From NCBI GenBank assembly GCA_036393575.1, contig DASWGT010000086.1:3141-67140 (forward strand): a stretch of 64,000 nt of DNA, given 5' to 3'. Shown in pieces: positions 17,163-26,902 of this stretch. Position numbers and translations under genes: made by a program. Source of the stretch: Rhodospirillales bacterium. Its GTDB lineage: Bacteria > Pseudomonadota > Alphaproteobacteria > Rhodospirillales > Casp-alpha2. Below the pieces are notes generated by a model. It was not told the DNA's origin. It searched no databases and saw only the letters and a program-made list of their open reading frames with translations. Each line of letters starts with the position of its first letter. Within the stretch, counting starts at the first letter, position 1.

Positions 17163-18562
17163 CCGCGGCGGCACTGCTGATCGACTTCGGCTCGACCTTC
17201 ACCAAGCTGCGCGCCGTCGATCTGGAAGCCGCCCATGTCATCGGCAGCGGCCAGGGCCCATCGACGGTAACGACCGACGTCACGGAGGGATTGCATAAGG
17301 CGCTCGGCGATCTGGAGCGCCGCATCGGCTGGCTGCCCGACTTCAAGCATCGCCTGGCCTGCTCGTCGGCCGCCGGCGGCTTGCGCATGGTCACCGTCGG
17401 GCTGGTGCCGGAGCTGACCGCCGAGGCTGCCCGCCGCGCCGCCCTCGGCGCCGGCGCCAAGCTGACGGGGACCTTCGCCTACCGGCTGACCGAGGGCGAC
17501 ATGCACCGGATCGAGGGCATCGGGCCCGACATCATCCTACTCGCCGGCGGCACCGACGGCGGCAACCGTGAGGTGATCGTCGAAAATGCCAAACGGCTGG
17601 CGGCGAGTTCGCTCGCCTGTCCGGTGGTTGTGGCTGGCAACCGCGACGCCGCCGACGAGGCTGCATCGGCGCTCGCCCGAGCCGGCAAGCCGGTGACAGT
17701 CACCGGCAACGTGATGCCGGAATTCGGGCGCCTCGACGTGGAACCGGCGCGCGCCGCCATCCGACAGGTGTTCATCGACCGCATCGTCCACGCCAAGGGC
17801 ATCGATCGCGCCGCCGCGATGTTTGACGCGGTGCTGATGCCGACGCCGGCGGCGGTGCTGGAAGGCGCGCGGCTGCTTGCCGACGGCGTCAAGGGCAAGC
17901 CTGGCCTTGGGCCGCTGGTAGTGGTCGACGTCGGCGGCGCCACTACCGACGTGCACTCGGTCGCGGAAGGCGCACCGACCCGCGAAGGTGTAGTGCCGCA
18001 CGGCCTGCCAGAACCGGTGGTCAAGCGCACGGTGGAAGGCGATCTCGGCATGCGCATCAACGCCAAGACCATCACCGAAGCGGCGGGACTCGACGCGATC
18101 GCCGCTGCCGCCGACCTCGATCAGGCGCATGTCCGGGCGCTGCTCGACAAATTGACGGCGAACGTCGAGCGCTTGCCGCAAAGCGACGACGAGCGCCGTC
18201 TCGACCGAGCGTTGGCGGAAGCGGCGCTCCGCATCGCCATGACCCGCCACGCCGGCACCATCACCATCGTGCAGACGGTGACTGGTCCGATCAGCATCCA
18301 GACTGGCAAGGACCTGAGCGACATCAAGGCGCTGATTGGCACCGGCGGCGTGTTGGCGCACGGCGCCGGCGGGGCGGCGATGCTCAAGCGCTGCCTCGCC
18401 GATCCGGCCGAGCCACACACGCTCAGGCCGCGGGCGCCGGACCTTTATCTCGATAGCGATTACCTTCTGTTCGCCTGCGGGCTGCTGAAGGATAAGGAGC
18501 CCGAGGCCGCCTTGACGTTGGGTCTCAGGCACATGCATCCTGTTCGGAACAACGTCTCCTAG
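17159..18562 (+). CDS. glmL: glutamate mutase accessory/reactivase protein GlmL (MutL)
   Basis: 467 aa with an ATGA overlap with glmS. The N-terminus [15 protein letters not shown] and the later [13 protein letters not shown] are ASKHA/actin-fold phosphate motifs as in GlmL. Its position between the S and E subunits is as in clostridia. Confidence 0.8.
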   Translation: MTAAALLIDFGSTFTKLRAVDLEAAHVIGSGQGPSTVTTDVTEGLHKALGDLERRIGWLPDFKHRLACSSAAGGLRMVTVGLVPELTAEAARRAALGAGAKLTGTFAYRLTEGDMHRIEGIGPDIILLAGGTDGGNREVIVENAKRLAASSLACPVVVAGNRDAADEAASALARAGKPVTVTGNVMPEFGRLDVEPARAAIRQVFIDRIVHAKGIDRAAAMFDAVLMPTPAAVLEGARLLADGVKGKPGLGPLVVVDVGGATTDVHSVAEGAPTREGVVPHGLPEPVVKRTVEGDLGMRINAKTITEAAGLDAIAAAADLDQAHVRALLDKLTANVERLPQSDDERRLDRALAEAALRIAMTRHAGTITIVQTVTGPISIQTGKDLSDIKALIGTGGVLAHGAGGAAMLKRCLADPAEPHTLRPRAPDLYLDSDYLLFACGLLKDKEPEAALTLGLRHMHPVRNNVS

Positions 18563-18573
18563 AGGCTTGGAAA

Positions 18574-20079
18574 ATGGGAAAAGCCCTCGAACGCGAAGCC
18601 GCGACCCGGCCGCCAACCCTTTCGGCGGCAGAGATTCCGGCCGACGCGTTCGCGGACATGCGCAAGGCCAACCTCGCCCGCTGGCCGACCGGCGCCGAGG
18701 TCGACATCGACGACGCCGTCGCCTTCCACAAGGCGCTGCCCAAACATAAACAACTGGGTTGGGTGATGCGCCGCGCCGCTGCCGAGGGCCTCTGCCTGAC
18801 CCAACCGCGCGGCGGCTTCGGGACGCTTGAATTGCAATTGGAATTGATGCGGGCGCTCGACAACGACGGCCTCGCCGACATCGTGCCGACCACCACCGAC
18901 AGCTACACCCGCAATGAGCAGTGGAGCCGCGCCGCCGTCGGCGTCGAGGAATCGAAAAAGGCCGGCCGCTCGATGCTCAACGGCTTCCCGATGGTCAACT
19001 ACGGGCCGCGCCAGACCCGCAAGCTGATCGAAGCGATCTCGAAGCCGGCGATCGTGCTCAGTGGCACCTCGATGCCGAGGCTCACCTCGGAGGTCGGATT
19101 CGCCGCCGGATTTTCGGGCTATCTCGGCTCCGGCATCGCCTATACCACGTCCTACACCAAGGACGTTTCCATCGCCGATGGAATCCGCAACTACCAGTAC
19201 CTGGACCGGCTGGCGGCGCTCTATCAGGAGAAAGGCGTCGAGCTGCACCGCCGCCAGCCCGGCTTCCTCACCGGCACCAACGTTCCGCCGTGCATCGCCA
19301 TCATCACTTGCATTCTCGACGCGCTGCTCGCCGCCGGGCAAGGGGTGCGTAACTACGGCCTCGAGCTCGCCCAGACCCTGCACCTCGTCCAGGACGCGGC
19401 AGCGATAAAGGTATGCGGCGAACTGGCACAGGAATACTTGAAGGCGCAGGGATTCGAAGACGTGTTCACGCCGGTCACTTCGCTCCACTGGATGGGCGCC
19501 TGGCCACATGACGACGCGCAATCGGCCGCACTGGTCGCCTATGGCGGCACGCTGGCGGCGGTCGGCGGCGCCGTCAGCGTCACCACCAAGAGCACCCACG
19601 AGGCCTTCGGCATCCCGACGCCGCAGGCCAACGCCGAGGGATTGCGCACCACCCGCATGGCGATCTATCTCGCCCGTCACGTGCGCCTGGACGACCTGCC
19701 CGAGTACAAGTTCGAGGCCGATCTCATCCGCCGCGAGGTCAGGCCCATCGTCGACAAGGTGCTGGAGATGGGCGACGGCGACGTCGCGGTCGGCGCCGTC
19801 AACGCCTTCGAGGCCGGCGTCCTCGACATTCCGTGGTCGCCCAACCGCTTTTGCAGGAGCCGCGTCATGCCGGCCCGCGACGCCGACGGGTGTCTCCGCA
19901 TCTTCGATCCCGGCCTGATGCCGTTCCCGAAGGACGTGATGGCGGTACACGAGGAAAGGTTGAGAAAGCGCGCCGAGCGCGAAGGCGTCGCCTTCGATCG
20001 CGACCTTGCGGTGAAGAGCGTCTACGAGATTTCCGAACCGCTGCAGAAGTTGTTGCCGTTCCCGTGGGCGACGGCGTGA
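18574..20079 (+). CDS. glmE: methylaspartate (glutamate) mutase epsilon subunit
   Basis: 501 aa. It has a TIM-barrel mutase E-subunit-like sequence (QPRGGFGT, TTDSYTRNEQW, MLNGFPMVNYG). Its size and position after glmS-glmL match GlmE/MutE. Confidence 0.85.
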   Translation: MGKALEREAATRPPTLSAAEIPADAFADMRKANLARWPTGAEVDIDDAVAFHKALPKHKQLGWVMRRAAAEGLCLTQPRGGFGTLELQLELMRALDNDGLADIVPTTTDSYTRNEQWSRAAVGVEESKKAGRSMLNGFPMVNYGPRQTRKLIEAISKPAIVLSGTSMPRLTSEVGFAAGFSGYLGSGIAYTTSYTKDVSIADGIRNYQYLDRLAALYQEKGVELHRRQPGFLTGTNVPPCIAIITCILDALLAAGQGVRNYGLELAQTLHLVQDAAAIKVCGELAQEYLKAQGFEDVFTPVTSLHWMGAWPHDDAQSAALVAYGGTLAAVGGAVSVTTKSTHEAFGIPTPQANAEGLRTTRMAIYLARHVRLDDLPEYKFEADLIRREVRPIVDKVLEMGDGDVAVGAVNAFEAGVLDIPWSPNRFCRSRVMPARDADGCLRIFDPGLMPFPKDVMAVHEERLRKRAEREGVAFDRDLAVKSVYEISEPLQKLLPFPWATA

Positions 20080-20194
20080 TCGACGCCTGACGGCACTTTC
20101 CAAAGACCTTAGAAACCGTGTAAGTTTGGGGATCGGCTCAAAACCTAACGATGCGGTCGCAACGATCGGCCGAATTCACCAGGGAGGAAAAACC

Positions 20195-21196
20195 ATGAAA
20201 CTCGTGAAGGCAATCATTGGCCTCATTTTTGGCGCCAGTCTGGCGATGCCGGCATTGACCGCCAATCTACCGGACAAGATGGAGAAGCCCGGGGGCTTCC
20301 CCGAACGGCCGCTGACCATGATCGTGCCTTATGGACCGGGCGGCGGCTCGGGCCAAGTGGCGCGGGCGATGATTCAGGGTATCAAAGATACGGTCGGCTT
20401 CGATCTCACGCCTGACTACAAACCGGGCGGCGGCGGCATGGTTGGGCTGAAGACTTACATGGCGGCGCCCGCCGACGGCTACACCGTGCTCCAGCACATC
20501 GACGACGCCACCAGCGGCTTCGCCGCCGGGCGCACCGACGTGAACCCGGCCAAGGACCTGATCCCGCTGGCGATCGCGCAGATCACGTTTTCGCAGATCT
20601 ACATCCGCGGCAACGAAACCCGGTTCAAGGACTGGAAGTCGTTCGTCGATTTTGCCAAGAAGGCCGGCGGCAAGGCGACCATCGCCAACGTCGCCGGCGA
20701 GGGCTCGATGGAACGGGTGAACATGAACCTGATCGCCGAGCATTTCGGCATCAAGGTGCAGCAGGTCAGCTTCGACAAGCCGGCGCCCCGCTACGCCGCC
20801 CTCAAGGGCGGGCAGGTGGACGCGCTGTTCGAGCAGCCGGGCGACGTGAAAGGCTTCCTCGAAAGTGGCGACTTTAAGCCGATCCTCAGCTTGCTGAAGG
20901 ATCGGCCGAAGGCCTTTGCCGACGTGCCGTCGATGACCGACGTCGGCCTTGCCTTCAACCCGCTGATGCGGTTCCGCGGCTTCTACGTGCACAAGAACAC
21001 GCCGCCGGAGCGCGTCAAGTATCTGCAATGGGCGTTCCAGAAGGGCTACAACTCGGAGAGCTTCCTCAAGTTCAATAAGAGCAAGTTCATGGACCTTATC
21101 CCTAGCTTCCGCGACACCGAAGGCGCCATCAAGCTGATCAACGAGACCATGGCCGTCTACCGGGCGACCTACAAGAAGATGGGGCTGATCAAGTAA
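20195..21196 (+). CDS. tctC: tripartite tricarboxylate transporter (TTT) substrate-binding protein, TctC/Bug family
   Basis: 333 aa from ATG 20195 after GGGAGG, with signal peptide MKLVKAIIGLIFGASLAMPALTA. It has the Bug-family pattern FPERPLTMIVPYGPGGGSGQVAR. Confidence 0.85.
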   Translation: MKLVKAIIGLIFGASLAMPALTANLPDKMEKPGGFPERPLTMIVPYGPGGGSGQVARAMIQGIKDTVGFDLTPDYKPGGGGMVGLKTYMAAPADGYTVLQHIDDATSGFAAGRTDVNPAKDLIPLAIAQITFSQIYIRGNETRFKDWKSFVDFAKKAGGKATIANVAGEGSMERVNMNLIAEHFGIKVQQVSFDKPAPRYAALKGGQVDALFEQPGDVKGFLESGDFKPILSLLKDRPKAFADVPSMTDVGLAFNPLMRFRGFYVHKNTPPERVKYLQWAFQKGYNSESFLKFNKSKFMDLIPSFRDTEGAIKLINETMAVYRATYKKMGLIK

Positions 21197-21274
21197 GCCC
21201 GTCGTTCCTTACGTAAGCCGATGATAGGCTCCGGCGGGAAACCCCGCCGGAGCCGCCACGACAGGGGGTCCGTG

Positions 21275-21817
21275 ATGGGCAAACTGACCGGCGGCCAGTG
21301 GTTCGAGATCGTCTTCTGGACCGGCTTCGCCACCGCCGCCTACGTTCTCAGCTTCCAATTCGACCGCGATGTGCAGATGTACCGCTTCGGCGCGGCCGCG
21401 TGGCCGCGCGCGGTGATCCTCTTGATCCTGGCCGCGGCGGTCGGGCAGTTGGTCGCCGATGTGCGCGCGCGAAAGGCGGCCGCCGCCGCTGGCGCGCTCG
21501 AAGACGGCTACTTCCGCAGGATGGCCGACGAGCACGGCGCCGCCTTCTTCGTGCGCATGGGGATCACGCTGGCGTTGCCGCTCGCCTACGCCGCGCTGCT
21601 TCAGAACACCGGCTATTACTTCACCACACCGTTTTTCCTGGCCGCTTACCTCTATATCACCGGCGAACACCGCATTAAGTGGCTGATCATTGTGCCGCTT
21701 GCCATTTACGTGGTCATCACTTTCATCTTTACCCGCCTTCTCTACGTCGGCCTACCGGTCGGCTACTGGCCCGGGTTTTACGACTTCGGCAACTGGATCG
21801 TCGTGCTGATCCGCTGA
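21275..21817 (+). CDS. tctB: TTT small membrane subunit, TctB family
   Basis: A 180-aa 4-TM protein located between tctC and tctA. Confidence 0.7.
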   Translation: MGKLTGGQWFEIVFWTGFATAAYVLSFQFDRDVQMYRFGAAAWPRAVILLILAAAVGQLVADVRARKAAAAAGALEDGYFRRMADEHGAAFFVRMGITLALPLAYAALLQNTGYYFTTPFFLAAYLYITGEHRIKWLIIVPLAIYVVITFIFTRLLYVGLPVGYWPGFYDFGNWIVVLIR

Positions 21818-21836
21818 CGGGAAAGAAGCGTCTTCC

Positions 21837-23330
21837 ATGGAACAGTTCATCGCCGGTACGCTGACCCTGGTCAGCAGCCCGCTCAGCATTCTGATATTTT
21901 TCAGTGGGTTGTTCGGCGGGCTTTTGTTCGGTGCCATCCCCGGCATCAACATGCTGACGCTGGCGGCCATCTTCCTGCCGTTCTCCGGCCTGCTCAGCGC
22001 CGCCGACGCCATCATGTTCTATGCAGTGCTGTATTGCTCGGGCACTTACGGCGGCGCGGTAACGGCGATCCTATTCAATATCCCGGGCTCGCCCGAAAAC
22101 GCGCCGACCGCCTTCGACGGCTATCCGATGGCGCAACAAGGCTTGGCCGGCAAGGCCATCGGCGCGGCGGTACTGTGTTCGTCGTTCGGCGGCACCTGTT
22201 CGGCGCTGTTGATGATCACGGCGACGCCTCTCATTGCCGACTGGGCGGTCCGCAACTTCGGACCGCCCGAGATCTTCTCCCTCGTCTTCTTCGGCATCGC
22301 GGTGGCGTCCTCGGTCGGCGCCAGGACGTTGTGGAAGGGCTGGCTGTCGGTCGGATTCGGCCTGATGATCGCCACCATCGGCCTCGATCCGGTGGCGGGT
22401 CTGCAGCGCTACGACTTTGGCTATGCCTACCTGCTCGCTGGCATCCACTTCATCCCCACCATCCTCGGTTTCTTCGCCGTTTCCGAAGTTTTCGTGCAGG
22501 CGGAACGGCGGGTACGCGGAAAGTTCGACATGCCCAAGTTCAGTACCCACTTTCCCAGCTTGGCCGAGTTTTGGCAGCTGAAGGTCGCGGTAGCGCGGTC
22601 GGTGTTCGTGGGGTTCTTCGCCGGCATCCTTCCCGGCATCGGCGCGACGCTGGCGGCGTTCATGAGCTACAACGAGGCGGTGCGTTGGTCGAAGACGCCG
22701 GAAAAATTCGGCAAGGGCCAGCTCGAAGGTGTCGTCGCCTCGGAAACCGCCAACAACGCCGCCACTGGCGCAGCCATGATACCGCTCCTGGCCTTGGGCC
22801 TGCCCGGCGGCGCGTTGACGGCGATGATGGTCGGCGTTTTCCAGATGCACGACATGGAGCCAGGGCCGCTAGTGTTCGTCAACTCCAGCGAACTGGTGTG
22901 GGTGGTGTTCGCGGCCATGTTCTTTGCCAACATCTGCATCCTCGGCCTTGGTTACGTAGAGACCAAAACGGTTCTGCACCTACTGCGCATCCCGTTTCAG
23001 TTCCTGGCGCCGGCCATCCTGCTTTTGGCCACCGTCGGTGCCTACGCGGTGCGCAACCTGGCGATGGACGTGGGGGTGATGTTTGTAGCCGGGATCATCG
23101 CCTACCTGATGCGCCGGTCCGGCTATTCGGTGGCCGGCATCGTGCTCGGGCTGATCCTCGGCGAGATCGGCGAGCAGAACTTCGCCCAGGCGATGCAGAT
23201 CGTCGGCTACGACTACGCCGCCTTGGTCACCCGGCCGATCGTCGCCGTCCTGCTGCTCGCCGGCATCGCCACCATCGGCACCAACATCTACCGTGAACTC
23301 CGCGGCGGGCGGAAAGGGGTCGAGGTCTAG
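21837..23330 (+). CDS. tctA: TTT large permease subunit, TctA family
   Basis: A 497-aa polytopic membrane protein. It has TctA motifs GAIPGINMLTLAAIFLP, NIPGSPENAPTAFDGYPMAQQG and ETANNAATGAAMIPLLALGLPG. Confidence 0.9.
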   Translation: MEQFIAGTLTLVSSPLSILIFFSGLFGGLLFGAIPGINMLTLAAIFLPFSGLLSAADAIMFYAVLYCSGTYGGAVTAILFNIPGSPENAPTAFDGYPMAQQGLAGKAIGAAVLCSSFGGTCSALLMITATPLIADWAVRNFGPPEIFSLVFFGIAVASSVGARTLWKGWLSVGFGLMIATIGLDPVAGLQRYDFGYAYLLAGIHFIPTILGFFAVSEVFVQAERRVRGKFDMPKFSTHFPSLAEFWQLKVAVARSVFVGFFAGILPGIGATLAAFMSYNEAVRWSKTPEKFGKGQLEGVVASETANNAATGAAMIPLLALGLPGGALTAMMVGVFQMHDMEPGPLVFVNSSELVWVVFAAMFFANICILGLGYVETKTVLHLLRIPFQFLAPAILLLATVGAYAVRNLAMDVGVMFVAGIIAYLMRRSGYSVAGIVLGLILGEIGEQNFAQAMQIVGYDYAALVTRPIVAVLLLAGIATIGTNIYRELRGGRKGVEV

Positions 23331-23383
23331 GCAAGCAGCAGCCGGCATGGTTGCAACGCGACCGCCCGCCCAAGCGCCTCTGG

Positions 23384-23411
23384 TTGCCAATCGACGGGCC
23401 GAGCCTATAAT
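23384..23411 (+). promoter_or_regulatory. candidate sigma70-type promoter for the aldehyde dehydrogenase/CoA ligase operon
   Basis: TTGCCA (23384-23389), then 16 nt, then TATAAT (23406-23411). It lies 25 nt upstream of ATG 23437, with GGGAGG as the SD. Pattern match only. Confidence 0.35.
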
Positions 23412-23436
23412 TCCTTAACGGATCGGGAGGAAATCC

Positions 23437-24870
23437 ATGAGCCCGCCGGCACCCGCCAGGGCCGACCGCCAGCCGGGCGGAGAAATCGCCATCGTCCGCG
23501 AGCTCGTCAAGAGGGCGCGCGCCGCCATGCGCGCGATCGCCTCGGCCGACCAGGCACGGGTGGACGAGGCGGTGACGGCGCTGGCGTGGTCGATCTACGA
23601 GCCGAAGCGCGCCCGAGCCCTCGCCGAAATGGCGGTCAAGGACACCGGCCTCGGCAACGTCGAAAGCAAGATCGTCAAAAATCAGCGCAAAACCTTCGGC
23701 TGCCTCCGCGACCTGTTGCGGGTGAAGACCCGTGGCATCATCGATGAAGACAAGGCGAAGGGTATCGTCAAGTACGTTAAGCCAGTCGGCGTCGTCGCCG
23801 CGGTCGTGCCCTCCACCAACCCGGCGGCGACGCCGGTCAACAAGGCGATGATGGCCGTCAAGGGCGGCAACGCAGTGATCATCGCGCCGAGCCCGTCGGG
23901 GCAGGCGACGACGGTGCGCACGGTCGAATTGATGCGCGACGAACTCGCCAAGATCGGGCTTCCCGTTGACCTGGTGCAGGTGCTGCCGCCGCCGGTGGAC
24001 AAGGCGCTGACCCAGGCGCTTATGGAAGCCTGTGACCTGGTGGTCGTCACCGGCTCGCAGAACAACGTTCGCCGGGCGTATTCCTCGGGCACGCCGGCGA
24101 TCGGCGTCGGCGCCGGCAACGTGCCGGTAATCGTTGATTCCTCGGCCGACCTCGACGACGCTGCCCAAAAGATCGCCGCCTCCAAGATCTTCGACAACGC
24201 CACCTCGTGCTCGTCGGAGAACTCGGTGGTCATCCTCGCCGACGTCTACAACGCCGCCTTGAAGGCTCTCGAAGGGGCCGGCGGCTACCGGGCGTCGGCG
24301 GCGGAGAAGGAGAAGATCAGATCGACGCTGTGGACGGACGGGCACCTGAACCGTCGAGTCATCGCCAAGGACGCGGCCGTGTTCGCCCGCGAGGCGAAGC
24401 TGGCGCCGGCGGCGGCGAAGGCCAGGTTCTTCCTAGTCGAGGACTCGGACCCAGGCCCCGGCACGCCGTTCGCCGACGAGAAGCTGTCGCTAGTGCTCAG
24501 CGTCTACAAGGCGGACGACCTCGGCGACGCGATCCGCCAGGTCAACGCAATCCTCGCGGTGTGCGGCAAGGGTCACTCGGTCGGCATCCACACCCAGGAC
24601 CTCGGCCACGCCCGGCGGCTGGCTGCCGAACTCGACGTGGTCCGCGTGCTGGTCAACCAGGCGCATACCTTCGGCAACGGCGGCAGCTTCGACAATGGCC
24701 TCAATTTCACGCTGTCCATGGGCTGTGGCACCTGGGCCGGCAACTCGATCTCCGAGAATCTCAATTACCGCCACTTCATCAACGTCACCCACCTGGTGAC
24801 CGTGATCCCCGAAGACAAGCCGAGCGAAAGGGACCTGTTCGGCGCCTACTGGGACCGCTACGGAAAATGA
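23437..24870 (+). CDS. CoA-acylating aldehyde dehydrogenase (SucD/EutE/PduP-like)
   Basis: 477 aa. Motifs are VVPSTNPAATPVNKAMMAVKGGNAVIIAPSP and the catalytic-Cys block FDNATSCSSENSVVI, which resembles FDNGTICASEQS of clostridial acylating succinate-semialdehyde dehydrogenase as I remember it. Confidence 0.8.
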   Translation: MSPPAPARADRQPGGEIAIVRELVKRARAAMRAIASADQARVDEAVTALAWSIYEPKRARALAEMAVKDTGLGNVESKIVKNQRKTFGCLRDLLRVKTRGIIDEDKAKGIVKYVKPVGVVAAVVPSTNPAATPVNKAMMAVKGGNAVIIAPSPSGQATTVRTVELMRDELAKIGLPVDLVQVLPPPVDKALTQALMEACDLVVVTGSQNNVRRAYSSGTPAIGVGAGNVPVIVDSSADLDDAAQKIAASKIFDNATSCSSENSVVILADVYNAALKALEGAGGYRASAAEKEKIRSTLWTDGHLNRRVIAKDAAVFAREAKLAPAAAKARFFLVEDSDPGPGTPFADEKLSLVLSVYKADDLGDAIRQVNAILAVCGKGHSVGIHTQDLGHARRLAAELDVVRVLVNQAHTFGNGGSFDNGLNFTLSMGCGTWAGNSISENLNYRHFINVTHLVTVIPEDKPSERDLFGAYWDRYGK

Positions 24871-26009
24871 ACTTCCAGGAACACGCGGCGAAGCCGCTAC
24901 TCGCCGCGGCCGGCATCGCCGTGCCCGCCTCGCAGCCCGCGCGGACGCCCGAGGCAGCCGCCGCCGCGCAAAAGGCTTTGGGGCCGGTGGTGGTCAAGGC
25001 GCAAGTGCCGACCGGCAAGCGCGGCAAGGCCGGCGGCATCAGAAAGGCCGATACGCCGGAACAAACCCGTGCCGCCGCCGAGGCCATCCTCGGCATGACC
25101 ATCGACGGCCACAGGGTCGAGAGCGTGCTGGTCGAGAGCCGCGCCGACATCAAGCGTGAGTTCTACGCCGCCGTCATGAACGACCCGGCATCGAAGGGGC
25201 CGCTGGTGCTGTTCTCGACCCTCGGCGGCATGGACATCGAGGAGGCCGCGGCCAAGGATGCGAGCGCCATCCGCCGCGCCGCGGTCGACATCCGCGACGG
25301 TTTCGACGCCAAGGCAGCGCGAGCGATGCTGAAGGGCCTCGACCTCGGCGGCAAGGACGCCCAAGTCGCCGACGTGCTGGTCAGGCTCTACCAGGTCTAC
25401 CGCGACAACGACACCGAGCTGATCGAGATCAACCCGCTCGCCGTCACCGGCGACGGCCGGATGGTGGCGCTCGACTGCAAGTTCGTCATGGACGATTCGG
25501 CCGTCAAGCGCCATGAGGAGCTGGCCAAGAAGGGAACGCCGGAGAAGGTCACCGGATTGGAAGCGAAAGGCCGCGCGCTGGGCCTGCGCTACATCGAGCT
25601 CGATGGCGACGTGGGTGTACTCGCCAACGGCGCCGGATTGACCATGACCACCATGGACGTTGTCTGCCATCACGGCGGCAAGCCCGCCAACTTCCTTGAG
25701 ATCGGCGGCGAGGCCTATACCCAAGCCAAGCCGGCGCTCGAGCTGGTGCTCGCCAATCCCAACGTCAGGAGCCTAGTCATCAACTTTTGCGGCGCCTTCG
25801 CCCGCACCGACGTGATGACCGAAGGCGTGCTGGCGGCGCTCGACGCCATCAAGCCGAAGCTGCCGATCCACTGGTCGGTGCACGGCACCGGCGACGTCGA
25901 GGCCCGCGCCATGCTGAAAGAGAAACTCGGCGTGATGCCGTTCGCGACCATGGACCAGGCATGTGCCGCCGCCGTCGAATCCGCACGGAAGGCCGGGGGT
26001 CACCGATGA
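24867..26009 (+). CDS. ADP-forming acyl-CoA ligase beta subunit (SucC/MtkA-like, ATP-grasp)
   Basis: 380 aa from ATG 24867 with an ATGA overlap. The N-terminus MNFQEHAAKPLLAAAGIAVP parallels SucC MNLHEYQAK. Other motifs are VVKAQVPTGKRGKAGGI, LIEINPLAV and NGAGLTMTTMD. The 600-aa track ORF is an upstream out-of-gene extension. Confidence 0.85.
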   Translation: MNFQEHAAKPLLAAAGIAVPASQPARTPEAAAAAQKALGPVVVKAQVPTGKRGKAGGIRKADTPEQTRAAAEAILGMTIDGHRVESVLVESRADIKREFYAAVMNDPASKGPLVLFSTLGGMDIEEAAAKDASAIRRAAVDIRDGFDAKAARAMLKGLDLGGKDAQVADVLVRLYQVYRDNDTELIEINPLAVTGDGRMVALDCKFVMDDSAVKRHEELAKKGTPEKVTGLEAKGRALGLRYIELDGDVGVLANGAGLTMTTMDVVCHHGGKPANFLEIGGEAYTQAKPALELVLANPNVRSLVINFCGAFARTDVMTEGVLAALDAIKPKLPIHWSVHGTGDVEARAMLKEKLGVMPFATMDQACAAAVESARKAGGHR

Positions 26010-26902
26010 TCGTCCGCGGCAGCGACCGGGTGCTGATCCAGGGCATCACCGGCAAGCAGGGCACTTTCTGGACCGAACGCATGCAGGAATATGGCACCAA
26101 CGTCGTCGGCGGCGTCAACCCGAACAAGGCTGGCACCGTCCACTGCGCCGTGCCGGTCTACGCCAGCGCCAAGGAAGCTAAGAAAGCCCTGAACGACGAG
26201 GGCGGCTTCGACGTCTCGGTGCTGTTCATCCCACCGCTCGGCGTCAAGGAGGCGGCGCTCGATGCCATCGCGGCCGGCGCCAAGGGGTTGGTGGTGCTGA
26301 CCGAGCACATCCCGGTCCACGACGTCATGTGGTTCCTGGCTGCCGCCCGCGACGCGGGCTGCCGAGTGCTCGGCCCCAACACCGCTGGTTCCGTCACGCC
26401 GGGCGAGTGCTTCTGCGGCTTCATGCCGGCGTTCAACGACAACATCTTCAAGCCCGGCCGCGTCGGCGTCATCTCGCGCTCCGGCAGCCTCGGCACGCTC
26501 ATCTGCCTGAACCTGGCGCAGGCCGGGTTCGGTCAATCGGCGTTCATCGGCATCGGCGGCGACCCGATCATCGGCACCACCACCCGCGACGCGCTGGAGA
26601 CGCTCGATGTCGATTCGCGCACCGACGCCGTCGTCATCGTCGGCGAGATCGGCGGCGCCATGGAGGAGGCGGCGGCCGAATACGCAGGCACCATGAAAAA
26701 GCCGATCGCCGCCTTCATCGCCGGCGGCGCCGCGCCCAAGGGCAAGCGCATGGGCCACGCCGGCGCCATTGTCATGGGCGACAGGGGAACGTATGACTCC
26801 AAGGCGAGGGCGCTGACGGCGGCCGGCGTGACGGTGGTCGCGACGCCGTCCGCCATCGGCACCTGGGCAAGGGAAGCGATTGGGGGCCGGCGCGCGTCAT
26901 GA
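26006..26902 (+). CDS. ADP-forming acyl-CoA ligase alpha subunit (SucD-like, CoA-binding)
   Basis: 298 aa with an ATGA overlap. Motifs are [24 protein letters not shown] and SRSGSLG. The phosphohistidine loop MGHAGAIV is present. Confidence 0.85.
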   Translation: MIVRGSDRVLIQGITGKQGTFWTERMQEYGTNVVGGVNPNKAGTVHCAVPVYASAKEAKKALNDEGGFDVSVLFIPPLGVKEAALDAIAAGAKGLVVLTEHIPVHDVMWFLAAARDAGCRVLGPNTAGSVTPGECFCGFMPAFNDNIFKPGRVGVISRSGSLGTLICLNLAQAGFGQSAFIGIGGDPIIGTTTRDALETLDVDSRTDAVVIVGEIGGAMEEAAAEYAGTMKKPIAAFIAGGAAPKGKRMGHAGAIVMGDRGTYDSKARALTAAGVTVVATPSAIGTWAREAIGGRRAS

